Part shown: one piece after another, positions 57,230 to 64,000 of the stretch
Layout of the letters: each line of letters starts with the position of its first letter
How positions within the stretch are numbered: position 1 is the stretch's first letter
Origin: an uncultured delta proteobacterium
GTDB lineage: Bacteria > Myxococcota_A > Polyangia > Haliangiales > Haliangiaceae
Length of the DNA stretch: 64,000 bases
Assembly (NCBI GenBank): GCA_963848295.1
Contig: CAWKDB010000010.1
Span: forward strand, 3,072,001-3,136,000
Reading direction: 5' to 3'
Program-made: the position numbers and the translations under genes
The notes under the pieces: model-generated
Databases searched by the model: none
What the model was told of the DNA's origin: nothing
The model's input: the letters and a program-made list of their open reading frames with translations, nothing else

Positions 57230-57445
57230 GCAGCTGTTAGAGGTCAGTTCTGCTCGCCAGTCAATCTCAGTTTTTCGAGGCGAATGTTACGGCGCGATGT
57301 AGGGCGTCGCCGGCCCGACCAGTGCCACACATTGACTGACTCCCGGTGCGCTTCAGCGTGCCGCAAACTGAATCTTAAGGCCGAGCTGCGTGGACGAGCG
57401 ATAACCTCACGCCGTCCCATGATGTGAAGAAGGTTAGATCGACCC

Positions 57446-57700
57446 ATGGCAAGTCTCCGAGTATTCGCGTTGGTGCTCGCGGTCGGGTGCGTGGGACGCA
57501 ATCAGCCGTCGGCGTTCGATGTCTGGAGCCCGCGCGCGAACCCGCGCACGCCGACCGTGGTCTATGTCGACGGTCGCGTCTATATCGAGCGAGGCGTCGT
57601 GCATGGCGCGCCTCCCCCGGGCACCGTGATTCCGGCGATCGATCCCGAGGTCGGCGCGATGGAGGCACCGACGCCGTCGAGCGTCGTCGAGACGAAGTAG
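57446..57700 (+). CDS. Small lipoprotein
   Basis: LAVGC lipobox after a hydrophobic segment. Confidence 0.55.
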   Translation: MASLRVFALVLAVGCVGRNQPSAFDVWSPRANPRTPTVVYVDGRVYIERGVVHGAPPPGTVIPAIDPEVGAMEAPTPSSVVETK

Positions 57701-57777
57701 CGATGGCCGAGGACCACGGTCGATCGTCGCTCCGTTGTTAACCCGTGTGAATCGGGCCGAAGACGAACCCGTGGTGG

Positions 57778-58095
57778 TCACGGCAGGGTGAACGTGCACC
57801 ACTCACCGCCGCGCTCCGGGGCGGAGACACAGCTCGCCAGCACCGTGCCTCCGGAGTCGAGGAGCGCCGCACGTTGTCGGGTCGTGCCTTCCGCGACGTG
57901 GACCTCGACGCCGTAGTCACCCCGAGCGCACGGGAGATCGACCTCGTCGAGGACACTGGCGCCGTTCTCGAACACCCAGCGCACGGTGACGGCGTTGGCG
58001 GCGGCACACCCTGCCGCATCGAGATTCCAGTGCACGATGTCGGAGTCCAGCGCGCAGCCGGACAACACGAGTAGGAGCGTGCAAACCAAGCGCAT
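57778..58095 (-). CDS. Small Cys-containing lipoprotein
   Basis: MRLVCTLLLVLSGC lipobox. Confidence 0.55.
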   Translation of the reverse strand: MRLVCTLLLVLSGCALDSDIVHWNLDAAGCAAANAVTVRWVFENGASVLDEVDLPCARGDYGVEVHVAEGTTRQRAALLDSGGTVLASCVSAPERGGEWCTFTLP

Positions 58096-58159
58096 GCTCG
58101 AGCCGACCACGGCGCGTGGCGCGCATACGTGAAGGTCGGTTTAAATGTCCTAGTACGTC

Positions 58160-58684
58160 CTAGGCCATCGCGCGGGAGCCACCCTCGGGGCCGCGATCCG
58201 GCGCTACGAGCGCGCCGAGGCCGGCCACGATGCCGCACAGCCCGGCGACGAGCAGCAGGTGAAGGCCGATCGCGGGCGTTGCGGTTTCGCCGGGTTCTTG
58301 TGCGATGTGATGGAACAGCGCCCAGATCCCGGCGCTCGCACCGCCGAACAACAGCGCGAACAGCCCGCCGAGTCGGCCGATCTTGCCGCGCACGCTCGTG
58401 AACGCGCCGATGAGCGCGAGCAGTGCGGCGGGTGCGTAGAACGCGAGCAAGACCGTGCGAAAGCCGGTGAGTCCTTCTCTGACCGAGCTCGACACCTTCG
58501 CCTTGTCTTCGGCGGTGCTCGCGGCGTCCTTGACCTCGGCCGCGACTCCAGCTTCGACGACATCGGCGGCGCGCAACAAGCTGAACGCGCTCAGCGACAC
58601 GTTGTCCGCCTTCGCGAACGGCAAGAAGAAGCCGACGAGACCGGCGACGCCGCCGGCGAGCACGATGTATTTCCAGAATTTCAT
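58160..58684 (-). CDS. Integral membrane protein (about 4 TM)
   Basis: Four hydrophobic segments; GFFLPF; ATGA overlap with the upstream gene. Confidence 0.7.
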   Translation of the reverse strand: MKFWKYIVLAGGVAGLVGFFLPFAKADNVSLSAFSLLRAADVVEAGVAAEVKDAASTAEDKAKVSSSVREGLTGFRTVLLAFYAPAALLALIGAFTSVRGKIGRLGGLFALLFGGASAGIWALFHHIAQEPGETATPAIGLHLLLVAGLCGIVAGLGALVAPDRGPEGGSRAMA

Positions 58685-59919
58685 GGTTTGGTCTCGGGTG
58701 GAGGGGCTTTGAGTTTCTGCGCGAGCTCACCGGCGATCGCGCTCGCTTCTTCGACCGGCTGACCGGCGGCCATTCGCTCGTACATCTCTTCGACCTTTTC
58801 GTCACGAGCGAGCTCGATCTCGCTCGGCGGCACGTCGCCGGGGAGCTCGACCCGAAGCTCGCGCACGACCATCCGCATGCCCGCTGCGATCGGCAACGCG
58901 AGCAACGCGCCGAGCACGCCGAGCAGCGTTCCGCCGATGAGTAGCGCGAGGAGCACGACCGCCGGCGACAGCCGGAGCACGCGACCGTACACGCGCGGTA
59001 CGAGGATCCGACTCTCGAATTCTTGGTAGAGGAACATCGCGATCGCGACGATCGCGATCGGCAGTCCGCCCATGCCGGACACCGCGATGATCGCCGGCGC
59101 GCTCGCCAGATAGCCGCCGACGAACGGGATGATATCGGTGAGCCCGGCGAACAACGCGAGGGCGAGCGCATCCGCGACATGGAACGCGGTCAACAGGCCG
59201 AACGTGAACACCGAGATCGCCGCGGACGTGATCAGCTGCCCGCGCATGTACCCGCCGACGATCGTCTTGAGCTCGAGCAGGATCCTCGCGAGCTTGACGT
59301 GATGATGACGCGGCACGACCGCGTAGATCGCGCCCCGCGCGCGCCCCGGATCGGCGAGCAGGTACAGCGCCAGGAAGATCGTCGTCACCGCGTAGCCGAG
59401 GTACGTGAGGATCAGGCTCCACTGGCTCGCGAACGAAACCCCGGCCTGGATCTCCGACTGCTCGAGCGGCACCGCGCGGATCGCCTTGATGAACGGTGCG
59501 GCCCACCGGTATTGGTTGAGGAACACGATGACTTTTTGGCGCTCGGCCGGGAGGTTCTCGACGATGTTCTGGAGCTGGGCGAGCAGCGGGGGCAGCGTGA
59601 TCGCGAGGACGCCCGCGATCAGCAGCGCCACGACGAAGAACACGACGATCAACGCGCGCCCGCGACGAATGCCGCGGCGCTCGAACCAACCGACCAGCGG
59701 ATCGAACGTGCCGACGAGCACGAGCGCGACGAGGACGATGACCCACACCGTCCAGAGCTCGCGGATGAGCCACGCCGCCGCGAACGCGAACGCGACGTAG
59801 AAGATCGTGCGCGGTGCGATCTCGATGCGCAGGTTCTTCGAACGAACCGCGCCGCCGTCCGGTGCACCCGGCCGGGGCCGTACCGGCGCTCGAGCTGCGG
59901 TCGGCTGATCGTCGGCCAC
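58681..59919 (-). CDS. AI-2E family transporter
   Basis: YMRGQL, IPFVG, QEFESRILVPRVYG..L.LSP, GVLGALLALP. Confidence 0.9.
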   Translation of the reverse strand: MADDQPTAARAPVRPRPGAPDGGAVRSKNLRIEIAPRTIFYVAFAFAAAWLIRELWTVWVIVLVALVLVGTFDPLVGWFERRGIRRGRALIVVFFVVALLIAGVLAITLPPLLAQLQNIVENLPAERQKVIVFLNQYRWAAPFIKAIRAVPLEQSEIQAGVSFASQWSLILTYLGYAVTTIFLALYLLADPGRARGAIYAVVPRHHHVKLARILLELKTIVGGYMRGQLITSAAISVFTFGLLTAFHVADALALALFAGLTDIIPFVGGYLASAPAIIAVSGMGGLPIAIVAIAMFLYQEFESRILVPRVYGRVLRLSPAVVLLALLIGGTLLGVLGALLALPIAAGMRMVVRELRVELPGDVPPSEIELARDEKVEEMYERMAAGQPVEEASAIAGELAQKLKAPPPETKP

Positions 59920-59935
59920 GCCGAACAGTAACAGC

Positions 59936-60370
59936 TTACGAGCTGATGCGTTCGGCGCTGGGGCGCTTCGGCCCGGTCGGTTCGTCTTCGATCTCGTCGA
60001 TGACCTTGACGGGGCGAACCTCGCCGAGCAGGCGGGCGACGGCGGTCACGAGCTCGGCCGGCTCGCACGGCTTCGGGACGAATGCGGCGGCGCCGATCCT
60101 GACGGAGATCTCGGGAGCGTGCGGCGATCCGGACACGAGCACGACCGGCGGCGCATCGGGCAACGACTCGATACTGCGCGCGAGCTCGATGACGCCGACC
60201 CGCGGGTCGTACGAATCGATGACGACGGCGTCGATGCCGCCCTCGCGCAGCCGCGCCGAGGCTTCGGTGATCGCGACTGCGACCAGCACCTCGTGGCCGG
60301 CCAGGTTGATCGCCGAGCTCCACCGATCGCGGGTATCCGGATCGGTGTTGACGAGCAGAACGGTACCCAC
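59936..60370 (-). CDS. Atypical single-domain receiver protein
   Basis: VLLVNTD, AVVID, VSG, GAAAFVPKP. Confidence 0.75.
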   Translation of the reverse strand: MGTVLLVNTDPDTRDRWSSAINLAGHEVLVAVAITEASARLREGGIDAVVIDSYDPRVGVIELARSIESLPDAPPVVLVSGSPHAPEISVRIGAAAFVPKPCEPAELVTAVARLLGEVRPVKVIDEIEDEPTGPKRPSAERISS

Positions 60371-60433
60371 GATCCCCAGCGTAGCGCGCGTGGCCGCCGA
60401 GGACGATGCGCGAAGCGGCTTTTCGTCGTCGGG

Positions 60434-63400
60434 CTAGTCCTGCGACGAGCCCGGCGGATTCGACTTGCGTTTGGCGCGCGCGTGACCCTCGGCCCAGCCG
60501 ATTTCCTTGGTCAGGGTCATCGCGTCCTGGAGCCGGTTCGGCACGATGACCGCGGCCCGGGTCGGCGCATCGCTCAGCAACAGCTCGGCGGTCGCGCGCC
60601 GGTCGCCGAGGCTGCGCATTTCGGCGATCGCGGCCTGGCGGTAACGCTCCGCCTTGCCGCCGAGGCCGGCTTTGTCGCAGAGCGTCGCGAGCAGTTGCTG
60701 GACGCGCGCGGCTCCGAGCCGCGATCGGACGCGTTGCGCATGCACGAGCGCGGCTTCGGCGAGGCGCAGCGCGCGATACGAATCGCCACCGGCTTCGACG
60801 AGCTGCGCTTGCGCCCGCAACACGCGCCAGAACGGCTCGGGGCCGGTGACCGCGGTGAACCCCTCGCCGAGGGTCGCGACGTCGATGCACTCGACGAGCT
60901 CGCGATTCGCGCCGTCGGGATCGCCGGCGCGCAGCAGCGCCGCCGACAGGTCCAAGTACAGCTCGCACACGAGGTTCATGTCGCCCGAGCCGATCGCGCG
61001 ACCGGCGCCGCGGCGGAGCGCTGCGATCGCGCCGTCGACGTCGCCTTCGCCGAGCGCGATCGCCGCCGCTGCTCGATCGACGAGCGACACCAGCGAGGGC
61101 GCACTCGACCAATCCCGCGCTTCGGACAGGATCCCGCGGGCCAGCGCGGTCTCGCCGCGAATGCGCAGGACGTCGGCGAGCTTGACCGAGAGCTGGACGA
61201 ACTGCTTCTCCGCCGTGCCGTCGTCGTCGCCGGATTGCACCGCTTGGCGGACCGCGACGAGCGCCCGGTAGAAGAACTGGCCGGCGCCGGTGTCGTCGAG
61301 CTGTTCGGCGGCGTGATCGCCGGCGCGGCGCAGCAGGCCGATCGCTTCTTTCGCATGCCCGGCGAGGTCGTGGTGATGCCCGAGCAGGCCGACGTCGTGC
61401 GACATCGCTTGCACCGCGGCGGCCGCACTCGCGTGCAGCGACCGTCGAACATCGGCCGGCGTCGCGTCGTACACGATGTCGCGCACGAGCCGGCTCGTGA
61501 ACACGAGGCCTTGAGACGGATCGCGACCGAGGATGCCGTGCGTTTCGGCGTCGGTGACCGCCGGCTCGAGCGCCTCGCTCGGCAACATCGCGCGCAGCAG
61601 ATCGAGCTGCGGCTCGCTGCCGAGCACCGCGGCGGCCTGGAGCACGTCGCGCGTCGACTTCGCGAGCATCGACAGGCGCGCCGCCACCAAGTCGGGCAGT
61701 GACGACGTCGTGTCTTCCGCCTTGCCGCCCTCGAGGATGTAGCGCACGACGTGCTCGACGTGGCCGGGGAACGCACGCGTCGTCTCGAACAGCGCCTGCA
61801 CCGTCGGCAGGCCGCGCAGGCCGCTCTTCGTCAGCGCCGCGCTGATCGCTTCGAGATCGTTGGCTTCGAGCGCGCCGACTTCGAGCCGGGCGACCGCCGC
61901 GGGCCATTGCGCGCCGAACTCGCTGTGCGCGGTCATCGCGATCGGGGGCAGCAACAGCTCTCCGACCTCGGTCGCGCGCCGCAGGATCTCGAGCGACGGG
62001 TGATCGAAGCGGTCGACGTCCTCGCACACGATCGCGACCGGGCCATGCGCGGCCGCCCGCTCGATCGCGCGCAGCGCCGACCAGACGATCTCGCGCCGGC
62101 GGACCGGCGGCTCGAGCTCGAGCAACGTCGTCGGGTGGCCGAACAGCTGCGCGAGGCCCGGGAGGTCGCGCTCGTTGAGCCCGAGGCCGAGCACCGCGGT
62201 CCGCAGCTCGGCCTCGCTCGAGGCGGCGGGCAGCTGCAAGATCGCCGCGAGCAGCGAGCGAATCGGATAGAACGGCGCGGCGAGCCCGCTCGGATCGGGG
62301 CCGACTTGATAGATCACGCGCCCGTCGGCGGACAGCTGGTCGTACGCGGTGTGCAGGAGCGAGCTGCGACCGGCGCCTTCCGGTCCGACGACGAGCAGGC
62401 CGGCTTGCACGCCGGGCGCGCGCCGCAGGTGATGCAGCAGCGCGGACAGCTCGTCGACGCGGCCGGTGAACGGCAGCGGCAGCACGTCGGACAGGCTCGC
62501 CTGCGGCATCGGGATCTCGAATGTCTTCGAGACCCGCGCGCGCGGCGCACCGCACTCCGGGCAGAACTTGAACGACGGCGCGCACGCGTGGCCGCACGCT
62601 TGGCAGCGATCGGTCGCCGGCAGGCTGCGCATCCGCGCGCGGATCTGGAGCAGCGCATCGCGCATGTCGGCTGCGGAGCCGTAGCGATCGGTCGGATGCT
62701 TCGCGAGCGCCTTGCCGATGACGTTGTCGAGCGCCTTCGGGACCTCGGAGCGGCGGTGGGTCAAGAGTGCCGGGGTCGCGCGCAGATGGTTCGTCAGGAT
62801 CTCGGTGGTCGAGCCGGCGAAGAACGGCGTCTTCTCGATGATCAGCTCGTACAAGATGATGCCGACCGCGTAGATGTCGGATGCAAACGACGGTGGCGCG
62901 CCGCCGATCACTTCAGGCGCCATATACTCCGGCGTCCCCGAGATCGAGCGGTCTTGCTCTTCGCGCACTCCGGTGACCAGCCGCGCGATGCCGAAGTCGA
63001 CGATCTTGACGGTGTCGATGCCAGCGCGCCGCTGATCGAGGATGATGTTGTCGGCCTTGAGATCGGCGTGAACGACGCCGGCGAGGTGCGCCTCTTCGAT
63101 CCCGGCGAGCGCCTGACACACGATATCGATGACGCGCTCGACGCCGAGCGGGTTCTCGTTGACGAGCAGCTGGGTGAGCGTCGGGCCCTTGACGTACTCC
63201 ATCGCGAGATAGAGCAAGCCGTCGGGCGCCTGGCCGTAGTCGATGATCGAGACGCAGTTCGGATGGTTGAGCCGGGACGCGCTCGTCGCCTCGTCGCGAA
63301 ACCGCTTGATCATCCGCGGGTCGCTCGACAGCTCCTCGTTGAGGATCTTGATCGCGACCGTGCGACCGAGCGTCATCTGGTCGGCCTTGTAGACCGCACC

Positions 63401-63502
63401 CGATCCGCCGATCCCGATGCAGGCGGTCAGCTTGAACTTGTCGCCGAGGACTCGGCCGACGAGCTTGAGCGACTTTTGAACCTGATCCTGCACGGAAACC
63501 AT
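60434..63502 (-). CDS. Ser/Thr kinase, zinc ribbon, AAA/STAND-like ATPase and TPR multidomain protein
   Basis: IGIGGSGAV, AIK, HADLKADN, DFG; CQACG..FCPECG; FTGRVDEL, GPEGAGRS, IVCED; F...LVRD.VY winged helix; helical repeats. Confidence 0.88.
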   Translation of the reverse strand: MVSVQDQVQKSLKLVGRVLGDKFKLTACIGIGGSGAVYKADQMTLGRTVAIKILNEELSSDPRMIKRFRDEATSASRLNHPNCVSIIDYGQAPDGLLYLAMEYVKGPTLTQLLVNENPLGVERVIDIVCQALAGIEEAHLAGVVHADLKADNIILDQRRAGIDTVKIVDFGIARLVTGVREEQDRSISGTPEYMAPEVIGGAPPSFASDIYAVGIILYELIIEKTPFFAGSTTEILTNHLRATPALLTHRRSEVPKALDNVIGKALAKHPTDRYGSAADMRDALLQIRARMRSLPATDRCQACGHACAPSFKFCPECGAPRARVSKTFEIPMPQASLSDVLPLPFTGRVDELSALLHHLRRAPGVQAGLLVVGPEGAGRSSLLHTAYDQLSADGRVIYQVGPDPSGLAAPFYPIRSLLAAILQLPAASSEAELRTAVLGLGLNERDLPGLAQLFGHPTTLLELEPPVRRREIVWSALRAIERAAAHGPVAIVCEDVDRFDHPSLEILRRATEVGELLLPPIAMTAHSEFGAQWPAAVARLEVGALEANDLEAISAALTKSGLRGLPTVQALFETTRAFPGHVEHVVRYILEGGKAEDTTSSLPDLVAARLSMLAKSTRDVLQAAAVLGSEPQLDLLRAMLPSEALEPAVTDAETHGILGRDPSQGLVFTSRLVRDIVYDATPADVRRSLHASAAAAVQAMSHDVGLLGHHHDLAGHAKEAIGLLRRAGDHAAEQLDDTGAGQFFYRALVAVRQAVQSGDDDGTAEKQFVQLSVKLADVLRIRGETALARGILSEARDWSSAPSLVSLVDRAAAAIALGEGDVDGAIAALRRGAGRAIGSGDMNLVCELYLDLSAALLRAGDPDGANRELVECIDVATLGEGFTAVTGPEPFWRVLRAQAQLVEAGGDSYRALRLAEAALVHAQRVRSRLGAARVQQLLATLCDKAGLGGKAERYRQAAIAEMRSLGDRRATAELLLSDAPTRAAVIVPNRLQDAMTLTKEIGWAEGHARAKRKSNPPGSSQD

Positions 63503-63573
63503 AGCCTACTCGCCCCTTACCCTCGCGGATCAAAGCTGGACTTGGAAAACGTCGCACGGAGTGGGTGGTCGCG

Positions 63574-64000
63574 TCACGCCCGTTCGATGATCATCGCGAT
63601 CCCCTGGCCGACCCCGATGCACATCGCCGCCAACCCGAAACCCAGCTGGCGGCGCTCGAGCTCGAGCATCAGGGTCAGCACGAGCCGTGCTCCAGAAGCG
63701 CCGAGCGGATGGCCCAGGGCGATCGCACCGCCGTTGACGTTCACCCGCTCCGGATCGAGGCCGATCTGCTCGATCGATGGGATGGCCTGGGCCGCGAACG
63801 CTTCGTTGAGCTCAGCAAGATCGATACGTTGCGCGGTCAGGCCGGCTCGCGCGAGCGCCTTCTTGCTGGCCGGGATCGGCCCGAGCCCCATGTAGCTCGG
63901 CTCGACGCCCGCCGCCGCCGCGGTCACGAACCGGGCTTTGGAGGACAGGCCGAGCTCCTTGACCGCCGCCTCGCTCGCGACCAGCACGGCCGCCGCGCCG
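63574..64000 (-). CDS. Thiolase (acetyl-CoA C-acyltransferase), C-terminal part; runs off the window
   Basis: [32 protein letters not shown]. Confidence 0.95.
   Translation of the reverse strand, partial: GAAAVLVASEAAVKELGLSSKARFVTAAAAGVEPSYMGLGPIPASKKALARAGLTAQRIDLAELNEAFAAQAIPSIEQIGLDPERVNVNGGAIALGHPLGASGARLVLTLMLELERRQLGFGLAAMCIGVGQGIAMIIERA

Noticed and set aside
57312..57327. Sigma54-like TGGCAC...GC upstream of the FG-GAP gene
   Set aside because: Poor -12 element; could be chance in GC-rich DNA

Overview
A GC-rich, gene-dense chromosomal window that looks myxobacterial (Haliangiales/Kofleriaceae-like); this is inferred from the many Hanks kinases, FHA, PEGA and TPR proteins and Cys-rich lipoproteins. 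Housekeeping genes: arfB, ahcY with its ArsR-methyltransferase (SahR-like) regulator, lysA, argH, amt, upp, an oppABC set without an ATPase, and a partial thiolase. The window also has seven Ser/Thr kinase-family genes (one a clear pseudokinase), a CHASE3 two-component pair, two c-type cytochrome lipoproteins and many secreted or lipo-proteins. One IS630 element with a -1 slippery site interrupts an RCC1-repeat gene. Main observations: (1) four dispersed repeat-spacer-repeat units of one ~23-29 bp repeat family (period 65, 65, 67 and 75 bp), each beside a stop codon, one overlapping a signal-peptide coding region, with no cas or HUH transposase gene in the window; (2) a TAnnnT box 5-8 nt before at least 13 start codons, suggesting leaderless transcription; (3) a Fic protein lacking its catalytic His; (4) an OppA with an SH3-like insert; (5) a Fur-box-like site before a P460-family cytochrome and an outer-membrane protein. 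Several single-base frameshifts may be assembly errors. All family calls are by-eye motif recognition; no searches were run.
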